Assembly (NCBI GenBank): GCA_030141605.1
Contig: JAQGDQ010000324.1
Span: forward strand, 1-64,000
Direction: 5' to 3'
From: Tubiluchus corallicola
Lineage: Eukaryota; Animalia; Priapulida
Length of the DNA stretch: 64,000 bases
Shown piece by piece: positions 48,410 to 63,400 of the stretch (positions are counted from its first letter, which is position 1; each line of letters starts with the position of its first letter). The notes below the pieces were generated by a model. It saw only the letters and a program-made list of their open reading frames with translations. It had not been told where the DNA came from and ran no database searches. Position numbers and translations under genes: made by a program.

Positions 48410-51400
48410 CTACAAGTCGCTTTGTCCGTAGAGAGCCATCGAGAAAGATTTGTAGTCATAAGCACCCGGCTCTGCTCCCGGACCGGTGTAAGGAAGCATC
48501 CGCTCCACGATGTAATCCACTTGCTCCGGTGGAATTTCTGCTTGCATGTCTTTAACTGTGATGTACGGCTAAAGTATAATTGAGAAGAGTGTTAGAGGAT
48601 AGCTAAAAGAACAATCAGATACATTTAAAGGCCTTTGTTACCTTTTCCCTCCAAAAAAAGGCCTGCCAACATTTGTACTTTTTAAGAGAACTCGAATCAT
48701 TTAAGATGGCCACTGATGTGATGGAGAGTTTTTATCGTGCAGTAATTGAGAGCATCTTAACAACATCCCTCACTGTTTGGTATGGTGCTACCACGCAGGG
48801 AGATCGTAATGATCAAATTGTTAAATCCGCCTCAAAAATGATAGGAGTTGAACAGCAATCTATGGCATATTTGTAAAAAAACTAGGGTCACAAAGAGAGT
48901 GCAAGTTATCATGAAAGATGAATTCCATCCAGGTAATAAATATTTTGAAATGCTCCCCCTCTGGTCGTAGATTCCACTCAATTAACGCTAAAACCACAAG
49001 AACTTTAAATCCTTTCTATCCCGTTGCAATTCGCACCACCAATAGTAAATTTCAGTAAATCTCCAATATTAATTCTCTATGTCACTGTACAACTGATTGA
49101 ATTATTTGTGTCAATCTCCTTGTTGTTTCTATAAGTTATTGCAGTACGTAAAATCACATACGTTTCATTGTACGTATAATAACAATAAATTGTGCTTACT
49201 TACTTACTGTTTTTAACGTTTTTTGTCAATTCCCAAAACCAGAACTTGAACAAAAATGAAGCAAAGACGACATAATTCTAAACCGATTACCTTATCGCAA
49301 GCCAGTATTCGGAATGACTCGATCATTTGGTCGACATTATCTTGATCCACATTTTCCCTCGTCATGAAATCCAGGAAGGCATCGTAGGTGACGTACCCGG
49401 TCTCGTTTGGATCGACAATCGACATTATCCGCCTGAAATCTTGATCACCCTGCAAAATCAAACTTGGGTGAGGACTATGCCGAGCACAACAACAATTTAG
49501 CAAACCTCATATGACACTCGCTGTAACAACAGAATGTCTTCTCTGTAGTCATCAATAAGCATTACAAAATCATGATGGGATAACCGTACAAAACATTTAG
49601 AACTTCTTTTCTACCAGAAATATATCCCTTATTAATTTATATATGTGTGCATGTATAGCAAAATCGTCCATAAGTCGGCAATTAAGTTTTTCTAGTATTC
49701 ACATATTCTGAATCTCAATTTCACGAGGATCATTTTGATACCAAGCTCATTGCTCTATGTTATTTCTAAGCTGAGATAATCCACGTTGAAGTTGAGGTGC
49801 TGGCTGTCAGCCATTGTTTTTGTCGCATTTCTACAAAACAGTTGTCAACAAATGTTGGTTGCTATGGACTTTGCAACAACACATTAAAGTTATGTTTAAA
49901 TCCTCACTGACGAAGATCTGGGCCTGGCAACAGAAAGAACCTGAAACAAAATGACTGCTTCCACGAACTACTATGGGAGTTTGAAAATACACGTCTTTCT
50001 CAATTGTTTCTAGACAAAAAAGTGGGTACGAGATTAGAAAATCAGATTTTTAGTATTTTTTGGACATTTTCTTCACAATTCGATGCTAGAATATAAAAGT
50101 CTAATATATTTAGCGTTTGTTTTTACAAGAAAGAAAAAATTGACATTCGACCAAAATATTGGTACGTAGTTTTAACAACGCCGACTTATGGACGGCTTTG
50201 GTTTGCAAGCACACATATGTAAACACGTAACACATACTAACGGCTACTGTAAACGATGCTGACAAGCCACTAGCATAGCAGCGTACAGCGTTTGTTCAAT
50301 TAATTGCTGCATCCATCTGAAGACAGATTTTATTCATATTAAAATTCTCAGTAACAATAACTGGCACAGAAATTAATAATTCGAAATAATATCATTTTTC
50401 TATAACTGCCAGTTCATTGCATACATTATTCTTGAAAATAAAACTAAAGAAAAAATGCTTCTATATAACCAGACATGATTGCAAATGCCGATCAAGATTA
50501 CACAGGTCAATTTAAATATGCCTATTGAAAAATTTTACACCAAAATTTGAAATTTACAAAGTTCCCGATTTTATGCCTTTATAGTAAATGAAATCACAGT
50601 TAAACTTAGTTTATTGTACCGCGAGAATAACTTCGTAACTTAACAGTATAACTGCAATGCTGACTGGTAATGTAACCAGAATGAAACCAACTAAACAAAG
50701 TTATTATTTCAAGACAAAATTTTGGTTTATTTTATTTTATTCCGTTAACCAATTACCTCAAGTCTCCGATGTGGTGCAAACTAAACAAAAAATTCTTATC
50801 GTTAAGAAGAAATTCGCTGAATTTAGGGGGTACTAAAAATAAAACACGTTGTTATGACTTCACAAGCAGCAGGCTAGCTTTCCTTTCATTACTACATAAC
50901 AATAATACATACTCCAAGGATAACACTTTAAATAACTCAATACAGTAAACTTCGTGTAATTCAAAATATATAACTCAAAATTTCACCTAACTCAAAGAAT
51001 TTCAATGAAACGGATGAAATCCTTCATTTTCCAACAAAAACACATCATTTAACCCAAAATATATAGCCGAGAATTTCATCTAACTCAAAAAATTTCAGTG
51101 GGACGGATGAAATCCTTTATTTTCCCGCAAAAAACATCGCTTAACCAAAAAAATATATACCTCAAAATTTCTCCTAACACAATTAAAAAATTATTGTCCA
51201 TTTAATCAAAATACATGTAATTTGCTTCACCTAACACAAAAATGCAATTTATACTCTAGAAAAAGTGTCGTACAACTCAAAAACAGTATCGTTGTTACAA
51301 AAGGACATGTACACAACAGTGCATGGTCAGCATTGCCTAACTCAAAGTTTTTTCGGTCTGGTTGGATTTGAGTTATGCTAAGTTTACTGTACTTATTTTC

Positions 51401-54400
51401 AAGGTGGTTCTAATTATTATTAACCCGCTTGCTTGGTTGAAGAACCAGAAGCAGTATTTTTTAGGTCTATGTATGACTCGATCGGGAGTTGAACCAGCGA
51501 CCTTCTGGATGGGAAGCGACCACGCTATCACTGACCTACACCTAAATGAACAGTGCCTTTTTATACCCAAAAATATTTTCCGACTTCACAGAAACCAATT
51601 TTCTCAGTGAAGATTGGCTAACTACATCTACAGCAAGCTCTTTGCTGATAAAATCGGAAATCAATGAGTCAATTTTCGCCCCTGCATTGCCGTTCTGATT
51701 ACTGAGGTCTTGTGAAACGCCACCCACCTGAGCGTCGTCCTTAATGTTGTATCCCAAGCTGAGCAGACAAGCTTTGAACTCGTTCGGTTCTAGAGTGCGG
51801 CTGTGATTCTTGTCAAAGTGATTGAACGAAGCGCGGTATTCGTTCATTTGCTCTTCGCTCACACCCTTCGAGTCTCGCAATAGGATCTACGAAAGAGAAA
51901 ACTGATTAGCATTCAGTGGTAGTAGTCTACGCAGGGCAGCGTAACACGAAATCGTTAAACCACCGATGGTAAGTCAAAAGTGAAGCAATGCTAATGAAGT
52001 GCGAACAGTTTAAATTATTCAAATTTCACGGAATAATTTCACTTCACAGAAATTTGATCATTCCAATTTGATCACAAACGCATTTGCCTCGAAAATGTAA
52101 GGCGCATTTGTTCGACAAAGAGAGAAAACCAAAGAAAGTACGTGTGTGTATGATAAGAGAAAACTAAAGATAGGACTTCAAGTACGTATGTGTATGACAA
52201 GAGAAAACTAAAGATAGGACTTCAAGTACGTGTGTGTATGATAAGAGAAAACTAAAGATAGGACTTCAAGTACGTGTGTGTATGACAAGAGAAAACTAAA
52301 GATAGGACTTCAAGTACGTGTGTGTATGATAAGAGAAAACTAAAGATAGGACTTCAAGTACGTGTGTGTATGATAAGAGAAAACTAAAGATAGGACTTCA
52401 AGTACGTGTGTGTATGACAAGAGAAAACTAAAGATAGGACTTCAAGTACGTGTGTGTATGACAAGAGAAAACTAAAGATAGGACTTCAAGTACGTGTGTG
52501 TATGATAAAGTTTGCGCTTAAATACGGGCGTTTTCGCACGTACGTAATGCGCAGTCTGTAACCCGTATTCATTCGAACCCGGTCGCTACTGCACGAATAC
52601 GCAGCACGAGATGCGAAGCAGACGCTGTATAGGTGATATAGCAAGTTTTCAAGCTTCCGGTGAGCATTCCGGTTCCCTGGCCAGGTGAGTTTCCGTCACT
52701 TCAAGACCTTTAAACCATAATATTTCTTCTGCCTGAGTTTTTGAGCAGTGAAAGAAACGTACAATTAGGCGTTTCAGCATTTACTTGTAGTTCTTTCACT
52801 AAATGATGATACGTGCGGTTTTCTCCCCTCTAAAATGTTATGTGCTTTCATTTGAATTTTTCCGTCTAATAGTGATAAGCTAAAGCCACCGCTGCGATCA
52901 TTTACTGATCACTGTTGCTGTGAAATTTTGACAGAAGCATGGCTTCCAAAAATTATTACTTGCACTTTTCATAAGCAGCAACCAAAACAGACAAAACGAC
53001 CATCGTTAATATGTATAGCATTCACGAAAACACGAGGAAAGGGTGAACACGCATCATGGATCATGAATTATGCCCACACTGAGTCCTAAAGGTATTTTCA
53101 ATGCACTAGCATCATTAGAAATAACTTTTTCTTTCATTAAACAACACTAGTTAGGGTTAACTGATAAAGATAGAACTAACAAAAAATGAATTTACTTGAT
53201 TATCAATTTCACTCATGCATTTGGCAATGGATGTCTGTAATTGTTCCCAACCAACTCTCAAAGTCTGAAATGAAAAGCAAGTAACACATACATGAGCATG
53301 TTCCACACCAAGCTGGAGAAATTTACAATCTAGACTATACAGTACAGTATCGTTATAATGAACCTACTAGAGACTGTTAAAAATTGTAATCTACAACCAA
53401 GGTACTCTTACAAGCATATGCGGCTAATTACACGTACACGAACTACCAGATGGACAAGCAAGTATCAATAATAAAAACGTATAAATAATATACAGTCAAC
53501 CTCGGATATAAGGGACACCTTGGTGGTCCCTTGTAAGCGAATGTCCCTTATCAGCAAGTACCTTATACCCGAGGGTGACTGTACAATCATAGAAGATGCT
53601 ATCAAGTATCAACACTACTTTGCAGTATATTTAAAATCAATGAAATATATTTTATGTGAATTCTAAAATTAAAAATTGATGAAACAAATTGATTGATTTC
53701 ATATTAAATTGAGTGTACACATTCACTTGTAAATTTGCGTAACATGTTTAGTAAAGTCATTGACATTGAGAAAAGTCAGTCAATTTTCTGTTTGTCTCTT
53801 GTGCAAAAAGTATTTGCAGGCCAATCTCAGCAATGTGCTGCCAGTGTACACGCACATAAAACAGCTGGGTGCCAAGCTGCTGAGTGACTCATTGTTTTTA
53901 CACAGTAGTAGACAAGATGAGCTCTCGACAAGACGTGTTAACAACTCTGCATGCAGCAGGCACAACGGTTTTTTCCAGCACCAGGAATGAAAGGTAAAAT
54001 TTAACTGTAAAATAATTTAGAAATGGCTGGCAAAGGTAAAGTAGTGTGCAATAAACGCATAACGTATAAGTGTATAGTAATGCAGGCAAGGGGCCCGACA
54101 AAAAGTCCGCAATACTCAATAACCGAGTATACTGCATTCAAAGCTATTACACTAGTTAAATGAATGCTGAGAGTTCGTTTTTTAGTGAGTTAAGTTACCA
54201 GTGTGTTGCCTATAATTGCGCTATACTGTACATGAAGAACCTGGGCTTTGAAAATAAATTATAAATTTGCTGCACTAATCCAGTGTGGATTTCAATAACA
54301 TGTGCTAGCAGCGTGGCGATGGTTACAAAACAAGAAATATGTAGATTGTCAAACATCAATCATTGAATCCGCATAGAAGTTAAAACAGTTCCACACTTCA

Positions 54401-57400
54401 CACTAGACGAAAATGGTTTAAAACCCTTTTTCAAACCAAACAAAAATCATTCATGCCTTACCTCCATTGTGTATTCTGTGTACTTATTTTCGAAGATGAG
54501 AGCTTCCTGAACTTCCTACAAACAAACAAACAAACAAATAATGCCAAATTACAACCTTATCATTTTATTTTAAATAGACAGCATGTAGACCATTTCTTTT
54601 TCTTTCTGGGGATTTCTTTTCTTACTTGTTTCTCTTTGGGGCACATCAAACAGTTGCAAATAACGGTTTTTCTACTGGGTAGTTTCCAAATATATTTTTC
54701 ACAATTTAGGCGGGTCTAACATGAAAATGTCTTAGTGCAAGATCTCTGGAATCTTTCTCTGAAAAATCAGCTCACATGTTACATGTTATACTGAATGGGC
54801 CATCAACAAAGATACAATTATCTCAAAAAGCAGCAGAAAACCTATTTTCAGATAGCCTTAAAGGAAAAACAAATGATTGTGTAAACATTAGTTTAGAATA
54901 AGGAATGCTCTAAAATATTGAAAACTACAATAGCTTATTTTAAATTCAAAGCTACGCGCGGGGCAGTTAATCTAGTAAGATTGGCATCGGCGCCTTTTTG
55001 TCACGTTCGCGTGGCAGATAAAAGAAGGCCGATACTGTGATAACCATGACCATGAAATGCAGTGTTAGTTTCTGACGTCATATGTTGTAGAGCCCATTTT
55101 CGTGACATCACGCGTTTAAGTAATAACACTTACGCAATCGTGCTTGACGTGCAAGGGGAGATGCCTGCCATTGCACAAACTGTGGTTAGTTTCTGATGTA
55201 AGCAATAGCTGTGTTCGGTTGCCATTAATTAACATTCTAAGCTAATTATTCAAATATAAGAAACAATTGTTAACTTTTGTAGGCAAGAAAATGTATATTT
55301 TGGACAATAAATTACAATGAGATTGAGTCTAAACAATCGTTCGGTCTTCCTTTAACGATACAACACGAGCCTTTGATTAATGGCCGAAAAATAGCAAAAA
55401 TAGTATCCAAATGCCTAGAGAATTAATGTACAGAAAACATTTCTAAGAGGTCCATTCAACTGTTTAAAGGGGTAGAAAGGAAATTATAAATAATATCACA
55501 CAAACAAGTATTATTACATAGCATTATGCTTACCTGCTTTAAAAACTTTGTCACTAGAAAGGAAAATTCTTAGCAAAGTAAAATACTCGGCCTACTTGAC
55601 AAAACCTCACTGACTCACTATCCCAGTGTGCACCAATGATTTACCAAAAAACACATTATTGATCTTATTGACAATATAAAAATAATTTATACTATATATT
55701 ATAATTTATGCTGAGTTAGCGAACACTCTGATTATTTTTTCAAACTTTACATGGTGTTATTTGAAGCCATTTCAAACGACTTGCCGTTAAAATAGCTGCA
55801 CGTAACAGTCATCGCAGGAGTTTAAATTTACAAGTTTTCACCAGCGTTATTGCTAATGCAAGCTCTGTATGCACAATGCAGTAATACAGCATGTAGATGG
55901 TACAAAAGATGAACTTTTTAAACGTTATTTATGAAAAGTGAATTCGTGTTCTTTAAAGCAGTATAGACACTAGTTACTTACTGGATTTAACCATAGCAAA
56001 ACTATAATATACTGTACCTGATTAATTTTTTCTAACTCGTCAAAATCTCCGACGTACTGCTGAACAAGGGTCTCGTAAGATTTGACTTTTCTAAGCTGTT
56101 CCTCCAGCGAAGCGTTACTCTGCAGACCCATGTTCGACACGGCGTCCATCTGGCTCTCGATCCATCGTCCAACCGTGTTGGCCTTCTTTGCAAACTTTTG
56201 CCTAAGCGCTTCATTAGCTGCACAGACTCATTAAGGAGCGATACGAAAAAAGCGTGTTGCGATTACTTAAAAGACACAGTTAAATGCACAGCATTTGGAA
56301 ATACAGGGAAAAATTTTGATACTCATAGAATGTTTAACTTATATGACTTAAGCAGAATTGATTTTTGCCTCTGGAATGCATGTCAATTCTTTTACATTAC
56401 TTTCTACGGAAGTCTTGGCTTTGCTTAACGATGTTTCGCTTAACGTCGCATTTTGTTGGAACCCATTAGCTTCGTTAAACGAGGACTTACTGCACAGATT
56501 CAAAATCAAAACGCCACCACTTCAGAACTCTGACATCGACTTTGAAACCAAAGTAAAACTAAAAATGTAAAAGATACATTGCTGTTTTGTGAGTTCGTCG
56601 TACAGCGAAGCGTCCCGTTCCGGCACCTGGCGTTGAACTTGTTCCCACATGTTCTCTAAGTGCTGAAAGTAATGAAAAATTCCCGATTACACACATATCT
56701 CGGTTTGCCGGACCTCGCTATTACGGATGTGGGAAAAATCGAACGAAATCTGGACAGTTAAAAATAAACCCGCATTTTACGGACACGGTCCGTTGTTTGG
56801 CGAGCTGACCGCTTGTCGGGGGGACGTCACTTTGTTTACATCATTACGTTAGTGTAACCCAAGCAGCGTATAGGGACAGTATGTAAGTCAGTGTGTTCAA
56901 GCGGTTTATTCAGCATCAATTATAGAGTCAATTATATAGAGTTATTTGAGTCAATTGCAAACAGTTTTTATATACTTTTGCATAGGAGCAGCCCGTACTT
57001 GGCGTTTTTGAGACAATTAGGCGATTGATTCTACATTACCGTAAGCCTTACCTACATTACCTACAAAAGCAACAAGAGCTTCAAAAGGAAACCACTAGAA
57101 ATGTGATTAAAGTTTAGCTCCCATAAATTCTTTGGTAATGAGGTTAATTACAGAAGACAGATTCATAACAAAACTACCACGCTTCCCATGATAAATGTAC
57201 TTGCTTTCCAAAAAACGGTAGGCCTACTTAACACGACTGTTCCTTAGATTATTTCTGTGTATATAAATAGTTCACAAAAGCGAAGTAAAGACGACACGAC
57301 AGTAGTAAAAGCTTTTTGATCGCACAAGTGTCTTATTTTAAACAGCTGAGGCAAAAATATTGAGTTAATTATATGGAATTATTTGAATAAAATGTTTTTA

Positions 57401-60400
57401 CGTACATTTGAATAGGATTGCAACATAACAGATGTTTTTTAGTCAATTAGGCGACTGATTCTATTATCCAAGAATTTCATAAATAGTGCCTACTGTATTA
57501 AGACTTTACAAAAAATAAAGCAATAACCAAGTTGGAGAGTAAGAACAATGGAACAGCTGGAAAATGTACAGCGTTAAAAATCAATAATTGTACAATGCAA
57601 GCAAAAACAAGTTAATAACTAAATTGGATCCTAAGAACAATGGAACAGCTGGAAAATGTACAGCGTTAAAAATTAATAATTGTACAAGGCAAGCAAAAAC
57701 AGGGCAATAACTAAATTGGATAGTAGCAACAATGGAACGATGCAACAAGAAAGACAAATTCGAAAATGTATAGAGCTATACATGAACAATTGATGCCAAA
57801 AACAACATATTACTACTAATATGAACAATGGTTCACAATCACAATTTCTTCACTTTTATAAACAGAACAGCACAATCACAATTTTGTTACCAGCTTATCG
57901 GAACATAAATATGTGTTTTGCAAATGATCAGAACAGAGTAATTTTGTAATTCATAACATGTTGCACAACCACCTATAGGTCTAATAATGCATCAAACTGA
58001 GGAAATAAGATATAATCATTTCTCAGTCCTGCAGGGCCAACTCTAGCCAATTTGACATCCTAGGCAAAAGTATTTTTGCACCACCCTTCAACAGGGTCCC
58101 ACCTCTAAAAATATATATAATATAGTATAATTGCGTGTCAGATGCCTTCATGTATTCCATAATAGTGTACTAAAGTGTCAATTGATGCTCATTGGATTTG
58201 AAATTGAATTTATGATCCCATTAAATGAGTCTTCAAAAGTAATCAAAATTAGTGCAATTTCTGCAGCACGTTCTACATCCACTTCCAGAAATTCCACACC
58301 CCAGGCCCAGTATGCCTAGTGGTAGATTCGGCCCTGCGATACTGAAGTTTGATTCTATCATCAATTACACAACAAATTCGTTGAAACATCAACAAAACAA
58401 CCATGCAAAAAAAACGACAAAGCGCACCGTTCTGGTTGCCGTTTGGCTGGAATCTCTCGTACAAATCGAACGTACCACCGTGACGCTATCCGAACTTCTG
58501 TAGTGCATCACATACTGGGGAAGAGGAGTGGTAGATTGGTAGGCTAGGCTAGGAAAGATTAGGTCAACACACGTATACAGACATGCACTGTTATAGCAAT
58601 ACGTTATTTAGCTCAACAGCAAGCTTACAGGTAAATTAAATTAAATGCAGAAAAATTTGCTGAAACTCACATTTTAAATATAAATAAATAAACAAACATA
58701 TCACGTTTCATGTATGATACAGTCAACCTCGGGTATAAGGGACCACCAACGCCTGTCCCGATTTTTCGTAACGTTTTTCCTATGAAAAATCTTCGTGTAT
58801 AATGTACTTGGATATAACAGACTTTCGGTTATAAGAGACGATATCTTCAGGTCCTGCGTAATAGAAACCTAGGTAAATTACCTTGCATATAAGGGACCGA
58901 AAGAGATCGATTTTTAACCTCAATTTTTAACTGAAGGAACTTCCTACATACGGTTTACACTGAATGTCTAGCAATAATCCATAAAAATGTGAATAAAAGT
59001 ACAGAAAAGTGCAGATCTAGATACACCCTCGGTCTGGCTCAACTTCAGCTATAAGGAACGAGTTTTTTTCCAGTCGCGAGGTGTGCCTTATATCCGAGGT
59101 TGACTGTATAATCATTTTTTGTGACTATTAGCCATATATACGCAAGCAAATTTATGGTTTCGTATTGAGAACTGGGAGACCAGCTGCGGTTAAGTGTAAT
59201 TGCTTTTTTAACTTTCAATGATTTACATTAATATCTATGTAATCTGTTTTATCTAATTCTCGTCAGTTTTCTTCCACGCTTCATGATTCACAAAAAAACC
59301 GATCAGAATAAAATGCTCTTTCTTACGGTTTCTCCATTTTTTTATTTATTCCCTTCAGTTTCTTCAACATCTTTTGATGAGATGTAAATACTCAGGCTTC
59401 AGCTAGTTAATTAACGCAAAACCGGACCCAATCTTCAACTGTAGCACAGAACAATTCACTCTTTAAAATATTGAAAGGAAACATACTATTTTCTCAAAAA
59501 TGACTTACGTGAAGAATTATTACCGCACAAACGCAATTTCACGTTCGCGCCACTAGTTCTTTGCTGTTACATACATTTCGCCACTCGCTAGTTAGACGGG
59601 ATCAAGCGCCTACATTTTGGAAATGCATTGCACAAAAAACAAGTGCTGAACTTCTCAGTTCAGAGGTGTTACTTTGAGACGAACTACACATGCTGTACGT
59701 TCGTCAGTTCATGCGTGAGCAAAAAATTTGAAATTTGAATTTTTATCTTAAAACTCGCCTAGTTTTAGTACATCACACTGAACAACATTTAGTAATGCTG
59801 TACTTTAATTTTTGCTTTCACAAACTCGAGCAACATGCTCATGAAATATTTTTGTTGTTAAAAATAATGTTAGTTTGTGATGTGATCAAGTTGTGTTCAC
59901 CTGCCATAAATTAAGGTTTTAATCTATTATTTAATTACCAGAAACGCTTTTGCAGTAGTAATTGCGTTGAAGTGCATACTTTTTATCGGACTTGAAAATG
60001 GGGTAGCAAATGAAAAATCATCCTGTCTTCCTTTAACCTTTGAGTGGTTAGAAAACAATGTCTTGCTATGGAAAATGCAACCTTTTGCGACAACAAAGGT
60101 TCACAAAAGTTTGTGACTTGAAACCTCAAGTACAAAATACGTAAAAATCAGAAAAGCTTCTGACTTAAAGTAGTGCCCACCTCCGGGTCAATATTAGTAT
60201 AAGGATTGTCCAGTGGTCCAGGTATCTCGTGGTCTTGCATTATTTTCTGAATCTTGCCGTCCAGAGCCAGAATCGACTGCAGCTCTTTGTTGGCTTCCCC
60301 AAGCGTCATTTTGAATTGCTCATGAGCATCAATTAAACCCTGAAATTTTACAGACAGAATTAGTATCTACACCGATTTATGTTACTACTGTTTTTTACGT

Positions 60401-63400
60401 CGATGTAGTATCTACACCGATTTATGTCATTACTGTTTTTTACGTCGATGTAGTATCTACATCGATTTATGTCACTACTGTTTTTTACGTCGATGTAGTA
60501 TCTACACCGATTTATGTCACTACTGTTTTTTACGTCGATGTAGTATCTACACCGATTTATGTCACTACTGTTTTTTACGTCGATGTAGTATCTACACCGA
60601 TTTATGTCACTACTGTTTTTTACGTCGATGTAGTATCTACACCGACTTATGTCACTACTGTTTTTTACGTCGATGTAGTATCTACACCGATTTATGTCAC
60701 TACTGTTTTTTACGACACTCTAGTATCTACACCGATTTATGTCACTACTGTTTTTTACGTCGCTATAGTATCTACACCGATTTATGTCACTACTGTTTTT
60801 TACGTCGCTGTAGTATCTACACCGATTTATGTCACTACTGTTTTTTACGTCGATGCAGTTTCTACATCGATTTATGTCACTAGTGTTTTTTACGACGGAT
60901 AGCTTCCACAGTATTTTTGTTTACATTAACCGAAATTTGCACCAGCACATGTTAGCATAAGATCTACCAATTTAGTTTTCACATTAAGGTACCATTATTA
61001 TAGCCAAGATTGTGTACAAAACTGCAAATTGATGCATCTGTTTTTGACAACCAAATTGCAAGCCTACAATACAACTGTTACAACTAATGTCAGAAGACCC
61101 AGTTTATTACAATAGGTGAATGTAGACATATTCCCTAGGGCTTAGAGGGCTTAGGGCTAAGAAATCCTTTCACTTACAAAAAGCTTAAAAATTTCCTCTT
61201 GAAACTTTGTACCATTTATATGCTGTCTTTTTGCTTGCATTAGCAGTAACGCTGTATAAAACTTGAAAATTTAAACTCGCGTGACGACCGTTAAGCACAG
61301 CCATTTTGACGATAACTTGTTTGAAATAAGTTTAGATACCACTGTGTAAAGTTTGAAAAAAATAATCAGAGCATTCGTGGTGAATACGTCACTAACTAAA
61401 TAAAATTTAAAATTACTGCATCTTGTCAAGATTAAAAATAGGTTTCTGGCCAGTAAGTGGCGCACCCTGGAAGGTGAGTCAACGACATTCTACCAATTGG
61501 TGCAGACATTTAAATTATTAAGAAATTTCTTTTCTAGTTACATAAGTCGCTGAAGCAGGTAAACGAATGCCAAGTAACACAACCTTGCATGGAAAGTTTT
61601 TTGGGACGTAGTTTAACATTGCCTCTTCTTCACCAGATTTAATGGCAAGGTTGGAACAGTATAGCGCGAAATTTAAATGAAAACAAATGAAACTTCCTTT
61701 TAATGCCAGTACAACATGTACAATATATGCTAAAAATTACTATAAACTAATATAATTTTAAGGTGATTTTTCTGAAACCTAGTTCAGGAATTCCTTTTCT
61801 TGTCATTAGTATTAAAGCAATCAGTTGGCAAGCTAGCTCAATTAATAGAGCACTTAATCAGTTGCTTACTGCTCATACCAGTCAACTAAAAAACCAAAAA
61901 ATAGGCAACCACTCGAACGACCAATTAGACAACTAACTAAATAACATTAGTACAAAATCCATGCAGGAATATTTAACATAAGTAAGATTAATTTTTTTAA
62001 TTTTGTGTAGTTTCTGAGCAGCTGCTACACTCAGAAGATGATGTGGACTCTAAACAGATAAGATAAAGTGGTCACTGCAGCTGGCTTTGAGTTGAATAAG
62101 GAACACCTTCACTAGAAACCACCAATGTGTGGCACCACTCAACATGAATAATTGGCTGCTCTTGTGAACGCACATTGACTTTTGCATATTTGACAATAAC
62201 TTCTTGTGGTGTGTTACTGAAAGAGGATCTTATAAATAAACAAATAGTTATTTGTTACTGAGTAGTGAAAGGGTTAACATATGCTTCATATGGTGTATTA
62301 CAGAATGTTTGTGGCACCGGTGTCTCCATCTACAGAATTACTCTGAAACTGAAACGAGTTACTGAAACTAATCGTGGATCATTTTGTGAGTGGACTTTAC
62401 CATACCTGAATTTCATCAATCGTATGAACAATAAACATGTCGTTCAAATCCTCTTTCGTTCCATCCATCCAATTATTAAACGGTGCAGCGCGTTTTGCAA
62501 ACTCGAGATGCAGCTGATCGATGCTTTCAAGAATCTTCTCTTGTTCCTATAAAGTCAAACTACATTCTAAATGCAAAGTAACACACAACTACTTCATAAC
62601 TACTTTGCTTACTACCGTTGATTTATCGTATTAGGCATAACTTTATGCTCAAGATGACTTAAGGAACAAGTTTGCCATCCCTTTTTCACAAATTCGGCAA
62701 ACACAAGTGACCACCTGAAAATTTCCGTTTAATGTCGGTTCGGGTGTGGTTTCTTGTTCTCATAGTCAAATGAGCAAACGGGTTAACATCTCAACGATCT
62801 AATGAAAGGTGACCATATTTGGTAATGACACCAAAATGTGTAGAAAAGTAATTGCATGACCAGGATGTTACCGGAAATTAAATTTACAAACCAAAACGGA
62901 AATTTATAAATAATAGGCTATCGGTGCTGAAACGAAAACAAAGCAAAACAGTTTTGCAAAACCAACTATTATTAAAACTAAAAAGAAAATTCTTAAATAA
63001 GTAAAATATTTTGTTTGTCTGTTTTCATTTTTCTGTGATGCAAAATTATTGATAAAATTATTGATATTTTACAGTATAAAACATCAAGTTTGATGGAGTG
63101 GTTTGCATTAGAAAAATTAATAAGTTGCCTTTGTTTCATAAATTATAACGTTAAACGTGATTTTGCTGGAATGAATTCAAACATGGTATGATATTTCGGT
63201 TAATTCGGCCCGGAGACAATAAAACTTTACAGTGGTCAGCAATGAAGATATGCCGCATTGCCGGTAAAAGCACGTCACAAACTCTGATGTAAACGAAATT
63301 GTTGCTTTATTTGAGCTAATTTAGCCAAGATTTTTCAGCGGTTTTTGACATCTAGGAGAAAAGAAAAGGTAGATTGGATAAACACTAGTAAACCTCTGAA

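Noticed and set aside
51480-51545. Possible tRNA gene
   Set aside because: B box present but no acceptor-stem pairing; followed by a SINE-like core shared with 29320-29460.
52118-60895. 44-bp and 45-bp arrays as CRISPR arrays
   Set aside because: Head-to-tail units with no unique spacers, inside eukaryotic introns, no cas genes.
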